In this document: positions 52,323 through 64,000 of the stretch, one piece after another | Numbering within the stretch: the stretch's first letter is position 1 | How the letters are laid out: each line of letters starts with the position of its first letter | From: Rhina ancylostomus | Taxonomy: Eukaryota | Direction: 5' to 3' | NCBI GenBank assembly: GCA_030265395.1 | Contig: JARFYF010000029.1 | Location: 35,682,318 to 35,746,317 of the forward strand | Length of the DNA stretch: 64,000 bases | Program-made: the position numbers and the translations under genes | The notes under the pieces: generated by a model | What the model was told of the DNA's origin: nothing | Seen by the model: the letters and a program-made list of their open reading frames with translations, nothing else | Databases searched by the model: none

Positions 52323-53469
52323 CTCACACCAATTAAAAGAAAAATCCATGTTTCCTTATGACATAGAAGGAGGCCATTAGTTCCATCAAGTCTATACTGG
52401 CTCACAGAGCAATCCCATTCCCTCACTAATTTTCCCCACCACCTATTTTCCCCACATTCCCATCAACTCCCGGAGATTTTGCCATTCACTTACACACTAG
52501 AGCTGATTCAGCTCCAGTTACTGGATGACAAGCTGAGCTTCATGATTTGCCTCGCAAAAATGGAAAAATTACCATCACTCTTTTTTTCATTGTGAATTTT
52601 TTTCATTGTGTGTTGTGAAATTTCTGGATTTACACTACCAACACAAATTAATTTCAATGTAGCCCAATATCACTCTTTCAAGCGGTAAATTATACAAGGA
52701 AGCTTTTAAATCTAATGTTTTTAATTTTCCTTTTCCTTTCCATCTCTCTCAATTCAATCTTTCTTTCCCTTTTTTCATTTCCCCTTCAATCTCTAATTTG
52801 AGTCTAATTCACTCTAGTTCAGTCTCCAGGGTTTATTTTGTTCATCCCTCTTCCAAAATGCTATTGATTAAAGTCAGTTCCATTGAACCTGACATTCAAA
52901 AGGCCATGGATGTCATAATGTTGCTGCACTGATACCATTTCCCATCTCCATGTAGTTTGTAGTTTTAAATTGACATCATCTGAAGGATGAGGTAAGGAAT
53001 CCAATTCATGACACTCACAATGAAGTATGCCATACTCAAAATTTCTGTCCTGTGTTCATTTTGGATGTTGAGGTATGAAGTGAAGTTTATTGAGGTACAA
53101 TATCACTAACATTTTCTCACACAAATTGACCGCTAATTTTCCAATGAGGAAATATTCCACACCATAAGATGCTATTTACTCTGGAAAACAGTTATTTAAC
53201 CAAAGAATCAATCAAGCAAGCAAAGAACAAATTCACTGTGAACAAAGATGTATAACCTGCTGCTAGTGCACTATTGATTTCCATACCATTTATTTTCAGC
53301 AGAGCATGTTTCAAGGCTTGATCTTAAAGCTTGCTTCCCCTGTTACTTCATCCAGTGAGAATATTTTAGCAAAGTAGGTCAAAGCAGCAAGAAATATAGG
53401 GACGGAGGTGGTGGAGGATGAGGAGGGAGTTATACCACGATGTGTTTGTGCATCAACAAATATGATGGA

Positions 53470-53845
53470 TATATAGAGTGATACAATATGGAAACAAGCC
53501 CTTCAGCATGCAAGTCAGTGCCGATTATCAAGTATCACAAATTCTACACTGACCCCACCTTATTTTCTCCTGTGAACTCAATGGGTCATAGGATTGGTTC
53601 CAACTCTCCCAGCTTCTACCACTCATCGACACAAGGGGAAATTTACAGTGGCCAATTGAGCCACCAACCCACAGATATTTGGGATGTGAGGGGAAACTGG
53701 AGTATCTGGAAGAGAGCCATGCAGTCACAGAGAGAATGTGCAAACTTCACACAGTCAGCATCAAACCTGGGTCACTGGTGCTGTGAGGCAGCTGCTTTCC
53801 CAGCTGCACCACTTCATTGCCCGAGGGCTGCCACTGTGCCACCCC
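53470..53845 (-). mobile_element. HE1-like V-SINE
   Basis: Reverse complement of the 59842 element: CR1-type tail GGAAACAAGCCCTTCAGC, V-domain TTTGGGATGTGAGGGGAAACTGGAG. Confidence 0.75.
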
Positions 53846-55249
53846 AATGATGCCCGTGCCAGACGACTAATGTTCTGCCCCACTCAAGAAGATGCATCCC
53901 GGTGATGTCATCAATAGTCACAGATTATTTTTGGCATGGATGCAACTGAGGATTCAATAGTCTCAGGCTCACAAGCAAAAGCAAATAGCAATGACATTGG
54001 GCAGAGGTGGGCAAGGTGAATTAAATTCAGTTCTTTATATAAGTGCTTTGTGGGTCAAGAGGAGCAACAGTGCACACAGAGGTACCTTGGCTTGGATATC
54101 CATCCTACTCACCCATTCTCAGACTTCAATTCCCACCATTCCAGACTTATTTTGTTGATAGGATCTATTTCTATGAGTCCCTACAATGAACTGACAACAC
54201 ATCTCCACTCCACCACAGAGGATGGAAAAGAGCAAAACCGACAATGAGAAGGCTAAAAATGTTATACATTTAATTTGTTGCATCATTGCAAAATAACCTG
54301 ACATCCAGGTACATGAAGCACTTGTACTTTTTGACATTACTTCTCATCTTTACGAAATACAGCAAAAAACAATGTGACATTGTATAGGTTATGAACTTAT
54401 TGTGGTTGTCAATGCAGCATTAAACAACATATTAGTGGGCTGGAAGGAAAATAACCAAGATGAATGGAGGCTGTGTATTAATCTCAGCTAAAATATAGGT
54501 TTTAACAACGTGGACAGAAATAAATTGAGGAAGTTTTGATTTGCTTATGCTAACAAATTGATTGTAGTGATTCAATCTATATTATGGGATGTAAGGGAGG
54601 AGGACTATTTATGCTGCAATATCTGATGTATTCTCCCACCACCAGCAGTCATACAACTTAACATCTCTGTCATAATGAATGAAAATATATTAGATCCCTG
54701 CAAGTTAACATATACATGAAACCATTTTGCCTTATGCAGGATACATAGAGCAAAATAAAATGAATTATTATTTTTGCAGTGGTGTTCACTGATGATCGTG
54801 CTGTCGGAACACACCTTGAAAGATCTCTCATCCATTACCAAGTATTTTACATTTACGATTAAATGCCACAGGCTACTGATCAGTCTGAAGTAGGCTAAAT
54901 TTATGTACCAGCTGGCACCTTGCTTACAATAAATACCATTATTGCTTTTTATTGAATGAACACAGCTGAGTTCAGAGAATCAACTGACCTGCACATGAAG
55001 CACCCTATTATTAGCTGCAGCTCTGAACAAAGAGGTGTGCCTAGTAAAGGGTATGGCCTGTTTAGTGTTTATCTGTTTATATTAAATGAAAAAGGACTGA
55101 AAATGGCACTCACGATAAACATAAATACATCACATTGATCACAGGCTTCAGTCAAAGACAGGATTTATATAATGGATTTACTCAATATTAGCACATGAAC
55201 AGAGAGAAAGAGAAAGCAAAAGAGAATGAGATCAAGAAAGACAGGGAAA

Positions 55250-56020
55250 GAATTATATTTGCTTTTATGACCTCAGGGCATGCAATATTACAACTAAAGA
55301 AATGCTTTGAAAGTACACCCATTGTTGTAATGTGAGAAACAGAGAAACACATTAGTCCACAGCAAGATCGCACAGTGGAAATGTGATCATTATCAGATAA
55401 TTTGTCTCCCTGATCTTGGAGTGAACTTTCTGGCTTTTCTTCAAAATAGCACCATAGAAATATAGAGACACAAGAAACGGCAGATGCTGGGATCTGGAGC
55501 AACAAACAATCTGCTGAAGGAATTCAGTGGGTCAAGCAGCATATACGGAAGTAAAGGAATGGTCAAATCCCTGCCTCAGGACTGAGAGTGGAGAAGCAAG
55601 ACGATAAGTATAAAGAGGGAAAGGGGAGTGGCGAGTCAGGAGTCTGAGGTGATTGGTAGACTGAGGAAGGGTGTAAGATGACAGGCAGGTTGAGCCAGGT
55701 CGGGGAGGGGAGCAGGGATGGATTTGGGAGGCAGTGGCAGGTGAATGATAGATGAGGAAAAAAATAGGGAGAGGGAATAAGATATGGAGAGGCAGATGGA
55801 GCAAGGTGGGGGGAGGTGAGTATGAAAATTGGAGAGGGAGGGAGGGAGGGAAATAAGCAGGAACACAAACTGCTACCTTATCTGAAAAACAGCCACTGAC
55901 AAAGCAGCACTGTCTCAATACTACATTACGGTATCAGTTTAGGTAATGTACTGATGTCTCTGGAGTAGGGACTTGACCCCACAACCTTCGGATTAAGATG
56001 AATTAGTGATATCAACCTAC
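55250..56020 (-). mobile_element. DeuSINE-like element split by a Penelope-type insertion (~55465-55865)
   Basis: Both halves align by eye with the 59180-59640 copy; the insert carries the minus-strand tail GCAGATGCTGGGATCTGGAGCAAC and a G-rich tract. Confidence 0.65.
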
Positions 56021-56389
56021 AGCAAGGTGAAATTCCATGTGCTGGGGTCATCGCTAATAGCAACTGTCAAGGGTCAGCCTCGAATCTCTGGGCACGTTTT
56101 AAGATACCTAATGAGGAGACATCCAAGATTGCCTTCTGTTCCAAAGAAAGGAGTACTAAGATTCCCAGAACAAATGTTGAAACACACCCAGAGAACTATG
56201 GCATCAATGGAGAAACTTGAGAACAGTAGCTCACAGTGGGTGATAATAGTACCACAGCACAGAGACAGATACTGGTCTTAGCTTTGTGGAGAACAACCCA
56301 AGGGCCACTACAAATTGTCTTCAGCACTCACCTACTGGAGGAGGAGAGATTTCAACAAGTTATAGGGAAGTATTTGAGGTGGGGGGGGG

Positions 56390-56655
56390 AAGTACAAAGG
56401 AGACTTGAGAGGGAATTTTTTTTTACACAGAGAGTGGTGGGGGCCTGGAATGCCCTGCCAGGGGTGGTGGTAGAGGCAGATAGCATAGGAGCCTTTAAGA
56501 GACTCTTAGATAGACACATGAATATGCAGAGAAGGGAGGGATATGGTCTGTGTGCAGGGAAAAGGGATTAGATTAATTAGGCGTTATTGGTTTAATTAGT
56601 TCAGCAGCATATCATGGGCCGAAGGGCCTGTCCTGTGCTGTTATATGTTCTATAA
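56390..56655 (+). mobile_element. CR1-like LINE 3' end
   Basis: FFTQRVVGAWNALPGVVVEADSIGAFKRLLDRHM. Confidence 0.9.
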
Positions 56656-57393
56656 ACTAGGTGCTGGTAGGATCTTGGATTAGGACGTGTACCTCTGCTC
56701 CTTTTAGTTCCACAAGAAAGACCATTTATGAAAGATTTGAAGCTGAGCTGTAATTGGTGGTTTTAGGCTAATAGATATCCTGAAATTGACAAGACAGCAC
56801 AGCCCATTGGTAGCTAATATAGTGATTAGGCTTGATGTTAACTGTATTTAGGGGAACCAATATCTGGTTTGTGTGACCCTAGAGGATACCTCAAAACTGG
56901 ACCACAATTTAATGGTGAGCCTGGGGAATTTGCAAAAGCTTTCCCACTGTTACCTCAGTAAAATTTGCATTTGGGCCATGCTTGAAAAAGAGGCACAATA
57001 AACACCAATGGACTTCAAATCCAAATTGCACCATTGAAAGGGAAAAACAAAAATAAAAACTGAAAGACAACTTCTGCATTCACTACTACTAAAGTGGATT
57101 CTGCCTGCTATTTCTGTGTCAGCCTAGTGGGTAATCAAAGAATAAATGGGGAGGGAAGCATACCACCAGATGTAACACCCAGATAGCTGGCCAAGCAGGG
57201 GTGTTACAGTAGGCCTCAGTGTCACCTTTATAAGGAAATACTTAAATCCGCCAACAGTTATATCCTCCTACCCCACCCCTCTACTTGCCAACCTACACTG
57301 GAAAGAAGTCTACCAGGGTTAGGGCTGGGCACTCCAACTCACCAACCCTAACCCATCAGCCACCATGGTTGAAAAGCATGCCACCAAGCACCC

Positions 57394-57632
57394 ATGTCTC
57401 TTAATGTCAGCAAACGAAAAAAGCTGGTCATTGACTTCAGGAAAGGGGGTGGTGGACATGCACCTGTCTATGTCAATGGTGGTGACGTTGAGAGGGTTGA
57501 GAGCTACAAGTTCCTGGCAGTGAACATCACCGATTGCCTGTCGTGGTCCAACCACGTAGATGCCATGGCCAAGAAAACTCACCAGTACCTCTTCTTCCTC
57601 AGGAGGGTAAAGAAATTTGGCATGTCCCCTTT
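57394..57632 (+). mobile_element. Rex1/Babar-like RT fragment
   Basis: LNVSKRKKLVIDFRK...VERVESYKFLAVNITDCLSW...YLFFLRRVKKFG. Confidence 0.85.
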
Positions 57633-57973
57633 NNNNNNNNNNNNNNNNNNNNNNNNNNNNNNNNNNNNNNNNNNNNNNNNNNNNNNNNNNNNNNNNNNNN
57701 NNNNNNNNNNNNNNNNNNNNNNNNNNNNNNNNTTCTCTGAAGCATCAGAGGCTGAGGGGCAACCTGATAGGAGTATATAAAATTATGTCAAGCTAGGGTA
57801 GTTAGTCAGAGTCTTTTTCCCAGGGTGGGAATATCAAAAACTAGAGGGCATACAGTCAATATTAAAGCCTTAGATTAGACCATATTTGCAGACTCTGAAA
57901 CTAGGAAATGGCACACAGAATTAAAATGGAAACATGCAGATAAGGATAAAAATAAGTTGGCCTGGAAAAGAAA

Positions 57974-59042
57974 CAAGTTCAAGTTACTTTATTGTCATTC
58001 ATCCATGCTGTAAAAACACATGGCAGAACAAAATGTCACTTCCCCCAGACACACACAACAGAGGACATACATAGAACAGAAGACATACAATAAACACAAA
58101 TAAAAAACAAAAAATTTAAAAAAAATAGTGCAAGTAAAAGTAGTGCAAAAAACGGTATATACAAAATACAAATTTAGTGCAGAGTTAGTGCAAAACCGAG
58201 TTGGACAAGAGAAATACAAGCTCAGCGTGTTGTACTCATTGTATGAACGTGTTCAGCAGCAGCCAAAGTTCTTATACGCCATTGTGCAAACCAGAGCTTT
58301 TGACGTGGCNNNNNNNNNNNNNNNNNNNNNNNNNNNNNNNNNNNNNNNNNNNNNNNNNNNNNNNNNNNNNNNNNNNNNNNNNNNNNNNNNNNNNNNNNNN
58401 NNNNNNNNNACCACTTGCCAGACTGCAGTGGGACAAATAGTTCATGGGAGGGATGAGAAGGGTCATCTATAATTCTATACACCTTATGTGTGCATCATAT
58501 ATTGTAAATATCCAAAATGGAGGGAAGAGGTACTCCAATGATCTTTTTCGCAGTACTCGCAATTCTCTGCAAAGACTTACGGTCAGAGACGCTACAGTTA
58601 CCGTACCAGGCAGAGATGCAGCTAGTCAGGACACTCTCAATGGTACCCCTGTAGAATGCAGTGAGGGTGGGGAGGGCAGATTTGCTCTTTTCAGCCACCA
58701 TAAAAAGTGGAGACGCTGCTGTGCCTTCTTGGCGGGGAAGCGATATTAGTTGACCAGGACAGGTCATCTGTTAAATGTATTCCCAAGAATTTATAACAGC
58801 TGCTCCTCTGTACAATGATGCCATTGATGCACAGGGGTAAGTTGTCAGCCTGGGCCTTTCTAAAATCCACAATCATATCTCGTTTTGTCCACGTTCAAGG
58901 AGAGATTGTTGACTGAGCACCAGTCCGCCAGCCTCACCACCTCCTCTCTGTAAGCTGTTTCATCATTCCTGCTGATGAGGCCCACCACTGCTGTATCATC
59001 AGCAAACTTGATGATATGGTTGGAGCTTGAGTTGGCAGAGTA
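57974..59042 (-). mobile_element. Rex1/Babar-like LINE, 5'-truncated
   Basis: IIKFADDTAVVGLIS, IVDFRK, KFLGIHLTDDLSW, FYRGTIESVLTSCISAWYGNC, DPSHPSHELF. Confidence 0.9.
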
Positions 59043-59179
59043 GAAGAGATGAACATCACTATGTTGGGGTAATATTTTAAAACTATGTTTTGTAAAGATT
59101 TCTAATTTAAAATGTGGTAATTTGAAGAGAATTGATGATCTTCATCACTATTTCCAAAATTGACGTCTGTTAAATTAAA

Positions 59180-59640
59180 AAAAGACTTGCTGTTTACGTG
59201 GCACTTTTCAGGAGATCCCAAAGTGCTATAGAGCCAGGGAACACTATTGATAAGTAATCAGTGTTATAAGGTATGAGACAAGGCAGCCAATTTGCATATA
59301 GCAATCTCCCACTATGTGATAATGACCAGATAATCTTTACTTGTAGTTCTAATGGAGGGATTAGAATTGGCTAGGAGACATAGCTCCCCAACCCCTCTGG
59401 AATAATGCTATGGGATCTATTACGTCAACCTTAGCGGGTTTGACGACTCAGTCAAACAGGTTCTTTGGTACAGCAAGCTCCTGTGGTGTACCAAAGAACT
59501 GCTGCTCTGCTGGTCCTCCAATAGTGCAGCAGTTTCTTGGGACAGCAGAGGAGTGACAGCTTAAATTTTTGTGTTCAAATCTCCGAAGCGGGACTTGAAT
59601 TCCAAAACTAGCTCAGGTGAGTGTGCAGACACTGAGCCAT
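59180..59640 (-). mobile_element. DeuSINE-like (SacSINE1/AmnSINE1-related) element, near full length
   Basis: Minus strand: TGGCTCAGTG A box, GAATTCAAGTCCC B box, Deu-like AGATTATCTGGTCATTATCACA...TGCAAATTGGCTGCC; further fragments near 11150-11520, 30295-30400, 36020-36170. Confidence 0.7.
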
Positions 59641-59841
59641 GGTTGCTATCATGTTTTGTTTCAAGCAGCGCTAGGGGTGAAGCCACTCGAGTGTTGTGTC
59701 CTCAGGATTTATCTGACCATTTAGACAAAGAAGTCAGCAGCTGCATCCTAAATCTCTAATATAAGAAGTAGAGCCCAGAAAAAAAGGCAAACAGATCAGT
59801 GGGTTTTAACTCTTGTTTGAGGACCCCACTGTAAGATAGTA

Positions 59842-60172
59842 GGGTGGCACAGAGTTGCAGTTAGTAGAACTGCTGCCTTACAGGTCCAGCAACCCAGGTT
59901 CAATCTTGATCTCAAGTGTTATCTGTGTGGAGTTTGCAAGTTCTCCCTGTGACCGTACGAGTTTCCTCTGGGTGCTTCACTTTCCACCCACATCCCAGTG
60001 ACCTGCGGGATGATCAGTTAATTGCCCTCGGCGTGTAGGTGAGAGGCAGAATCTGGGGGGAGTGTGGAGAGAACAAAATGGAATGAGTGTAGGATTTGTG
60101 TAAATGGTTGATTGATGGCCGGCATGGACTTGGTAGGCTGACCGGCCTGCTTCTGTGTTGTACGATGTTATG
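59842..60172 (+). mobile_element. HE1-like V-SINE with CR1/HER1 tail
   Basis: GGTTCAATCTT B box, GGAGTTTGCAAGTTCTCCCTGTGACCG V-domain, tail GGCCTGCTTCTGTGTTGTACGATG. Confidence 0.8.
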
Positions 60173-62261
60173 AGATGTGCTGTGAGATATTCTGATCATG
60201 TGGCAATATAACAACGGAACTATCGCATTAAGTGATGATGTATGTACCTGCTTTCATAACTAACTTTAAACTCCCTGCTTCTTTGCTGCCTTCACTGATA
60301 GTGTATAACTTAAACCATTGATTGATGTGGGAGTCAGGCTCCAGCAGCAACTTGGGACCTGCTCATGGTTATCCCCTTTCTGTCACGCAGAGGCAGGCTT
60401 CTTGAGTGCATTAGAATCTTCCTTCTGCAGGAGTGACCTGCAGGCTGTGCAGGACAATACAATGTGAATGAAAATCCTGGAAGTAGCACCTGGATATTTG
60501 GTGCACTTCATTTGATGCAGCATGACAGAGTTCCCCTGTGCATTACACATGGAGAAACTTGGAACAATATTTGCAGATGTTACTAATCTCTGACTTTTGT
60601 TCACATTTTATTTTTCGCAGAAACCGATGTGGCACGATCTAATTTCTACAGAATTATGTCTTTCTGCTACATAGTAATATGACATTGATGTAAAAATTAA
60701 TAATTATGACCAATGTCATGATGCACATTTTTACTTCAGAAGAACCGACATGTTGAAAAATCCCAAGACTGTCAATGTTCAATATTTTATTGTCTGCAGA
60801 AAATTCACTTACATAAACTAACATTGCTCTTATAGCTCACAGGTGTGCAACTTTTATGTTAACGCTTTTAATTCCCATGTTAAAGAAGAATCTGCAATGA
60901 CCGACCTGCATTGCTAATCCCAATTGATTGCTGTGAAACTATTAGAAAGTCTTTAATCCTAAAACAAAATTCTAATCGGGCCTTGTGATTGTTTACATTT
61001 AGTGATTTACGCAAAGCCTGCCAGCAAAATGTTTCTCTGGTTCTTGCTGCCTACTCTAACCTGAAAGCTAATGTTATATTCCGAAGCCTTTGAGGCTCAC
61101 CCAGAGAGGTCTTTTACAGTGTGGTGAAAAGCCAATAACAAGCAGAGTGAGCGAGTGTATGAGTCAGCTTCTCAGCTGCAGAAGTGGCCATCACTGAAAC
61201 CTTTCAGTTAACGATCTGCAAGAACCTGGAGGATACTGTCAAGAAATATTATAAGCTTAAATATTAAAATATTAAATATTACAAGTTAAACCTAGTCAAA
61301 AAGTTGCTTCTTGAGTTCTCAAGGAAAGGTGTCTATAAAATAAAATGAGCTTAAGCAAAGAGAAGAAGACAGTTGGGAAAGAGGAAAGTTATGATCACCA
61401 CCACATAATTATGCATGCAATTACATCATTGTCATAGAGCAAAGATTCCTGATGTCTAGTACTGGTATAATAATGACTGCTTCATTTCAAGAAATGACGA
61501 TGAATATCCATGCTGACAGACTGGTAATGTAAATGTATCAAACTCAGTGACAGTCTAGTGTTATTAGTGACTTGCATGTATTGCAATTAAGCACACTGTC
61601 AGTACAAACTGAAAACCTTGTTCTTTTTAACTTTACTTGTGTCAGAATGTAACTTGCCTTTGAATAATACAGGAATGAGCTGTTTCATCACTGAACTGCC
61701 CTTTTAAACTTTAAATAATCCACTATAACTGGGGATAACAAACAGAAGTACAAATTAACATAGGGAGGCTTCAAACATAGAGAAACAGACTCCCACAAAT
61801 AAGGACACAAATACAGGAAACAGAGTTCAGAAATACACAAATGCATGAAGAAGTTGATAGCAATGTACACAAGAATGGTGTAGTACATGCTCTGTCATTG
61901 CCACACATGGTCTTCTGCTGTGAGATTGTGTCAGATAATGGTCTTGTATTTCTTCTAAGCTACAGAATAACACCACTCTCCACAAAAGACACCCCTGCAA
62001 AAATGTTCATATATAGAAGCTTAAGGATGTGTTTGAGTCTCTTTCAGCCCAATTTAAAGAAAAGGTGCAGGAAAGGAAATTGAAAGTGTATCACTACACA
62101 AAGCACAAGAAGCAGTTCAAACTGCAGGTAGAGTTTGTGTGCCAAGACTGCTCCATAGGTTGGTAATGAGAAGATGGAGAAATAGAGGAGTTGCCAGAAG
62201 TATCTCATAAGAAACAGTGAGAATTTCAGAAAAGTCAATGGAGACCACTTCATCCCAGCGG

Positions 62262-62460
62262 ACATACAAGACATTCTGTAGTTGCTGGAATCTGGAGCAA
62301 CACGCACAAAATGTTAGAGGAACTCAGCAGGTCAGGCAGCATCTATGGAGGGAAATTCACCAGTCCTGTGAAGGGTCTCAATCCAAAACATTGACTGTTT
62401 ATTTCCCTCCATTGATGCTGCCTGGTTTGCTGAGTTTCTTCAGCATTTTGTGTGTATCGC
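62262..62460. mobile_element. Fold-back Penelope-type element with hammerhead remnant in the loop
   Basis: Arms ~62301-62356 and ~62401-62455; loop CAGTC-CTGTGA-AGGGTCTCAATCC-AAAA-CATT-GACTG. Confidence 0.75.
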
Positions 62461-62511
62461 TTCATCCCAACACACAGTTCCTGGGATAATAGTGAAGAAC
62501 ATTGTGAGATT

Positions 62512-62850
62512 GACATAAGAGACTTCAAATGTGAGAATCTGGAGCAAAATCTGAATCTGAATCTGAATCTGAAAAAACTCAGTGGGTCAGGCAGCATCTG
62601 TGGAAGGAAATAGACACTCAATGTTTCAGCTTGAGACTGTTCAAGATAGAGAGGAGAAAGCCAGTATAAAGATGTGAGGGGAATATGACCTATCGTTTGC
62701 CAGCTCTTGCTTCACCCCTTCCCCTCCCCTCTTTATACTAACTATCTCCCCTCTATCTTTCAGTCCAGATGAAGAATCTCGACCCAAAATGTCGAATATC
62801 CAGATGCTGCCTGACCCGCTGATTTCCTCCAACAGTTTGTTTTTAGCTCA
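62512..62850. mobile_element. Second fold-back Penelope-type element containing (AATCTG)4 at 62548-62571
   Basis: GGGTCAGGCAGCATCTG and CAGATGCTGCCTGACCC inverted arms; CAGTCCAGATGAAGAATCTCGACCCAAAATGTCG at 62761. Confidence 0.7.
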
Positions 62851-64000
62851 TAAGATTGAAGATGTTCCTGAAGTGAATCCCAGGTAGAGCTAATATGTAA
62901 TATATCTGACAAAAATCAAGAGACAACATCATCCAGAGAAGGATGATCCTGAACAATATCTGGTGAATCCGTAAGTTGAACACCACTAATACCAGTATTG
63001 CTATAAAGATCACAGAAAGTTTGAAAACACACAACTCCGTTAAATTTATAAAATTTGCAAATAGATTAACTTAGTTTATTCTTTTTTAAAAGAAAGGGGA
63101 AGCAGTGTAATGTTTGAGATTTGTGTAATGCCATTTCTGACATTACGTCATGTTATTATTATAACAATGCATTTGGGCATTCCATAAAGAACGCTTGAAT
63201 AAAATATATACAGCTAGTGTGCACTTTTATCAGGTTCTATATTATACAATGGACTTCATTAGAGCTCATAAAAGCTCAGTGAGTACAATGGAGAAAGTAA
63301 ACATAGATACAAGAATAAAGCAGCCAGAAATACAGAGGCAAGTTCAGGGAAAGGGTTTCCCAAAATTACATAAAGAAACAGAGCAAAGACCCACCTTCAA
63401 AAGTAAGAGTAAAGAGGCTCCCACTCACGTACAAATGTATGAAACATACACTGGGAAATACTGGATGAACACAGAAAAGTGATTCACTAAAATAAGCTGA
63501 ACACAGGGGAGCTCTAAAACATTTGGGAGGATGTTCACAAATAGGAGACCAAGCCAACCCATTAACCAACTGGTTCTTTTTCAGTAGAATTTGTGTGGTT
63601 TTACTGAAATTAGCATTGAGATAAACAGAGCTCAAAAGGTTGAAATAATGGCATTGTCTGTGCTGTGTAAGGTTCTGTATGTGTGGGGGTAGGGGAGGGG
63701 AAATTAAAATGGTAAATCTGGCTGGGTTTCAAACAGCTCTTGAAAACTGAAGATTTAAAATCAAAACTTCTCAGAAGAAGCATTTCAGAAACAATTTCCA
63801 ACATTGCTTTGGTTTATAATGGAATTTCTAAATGATTGCAAATTAATGTTGAAAAGACAATGCTGCTAAGAGATTCATTTGTGACTATTCAGGAGGAATA
63901 TCACACTTGCTTTCCTGTATTCCACCACGTGAACGAGTTCTGTTGAACTCCAGCAAGAATATTGCACACACACCACTTTCAGTTCAATACTGCAAAATTA

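Noticed and set aside
54781-54815. Small hairpin GGTGTTC...GAACACACC containing CTGATGA
   Set aside because: No GAAA box, stem II or cleavage triplet in register; not a hammerhead, and no supporting snoRNA boxes.
50728-64000. Search for NELL exons 1-2 (signal peptide; expected ...LHNG...AFLFQ)
   Set aside because: No phase-compatible match. GLHNG near 58280 lies within a Rex-like LINE, and candidates at ~54815 and ~61060 have stops or the wrong phase.

Overview
AT-rich vertebrate genomic DNA from a gapped draft assembly. The repeat landscape (HE1-like V-SINEs, CR1/HER1-like and Rex1/Babar-like LINEs, DeuSINEs, Penelope-type repeats) points to a cartilaginous fish, probably a ray (inference). 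The window lies inside one minus-strand multi-exon NELL-family gene, closest to NELL2. I located 11 consecutive internal coding exons (50727 down to 2568; 1260 nt, 420 codons). All have AG/GT splice sites and compatible phases, and they encode the TSP-N/LamG domain, coiled coil, two VWC domains and the first two EGF domains. The 5' exons and the exons after EGF2 were not found and probably lie outside the window. Introns are filled with decayed retroelements. The most notable non-coding signals are: (1) many fossil copies of a minimal type-I hammerhead-ribozyme motif in Penelope-type repeats, often in the loop of fold-back elements; (2) a cryptic 32-bp-period tandem array; (3) V-SINEs with swapped LINE-derived tails next to their likely partner LINEs; (4) a mixed NELL1/NELL2 residue pattern suggesting a third paralogue. 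Repeat boundaries are approximate and read by eye, and family names come from recalled consensus features, not database searches.
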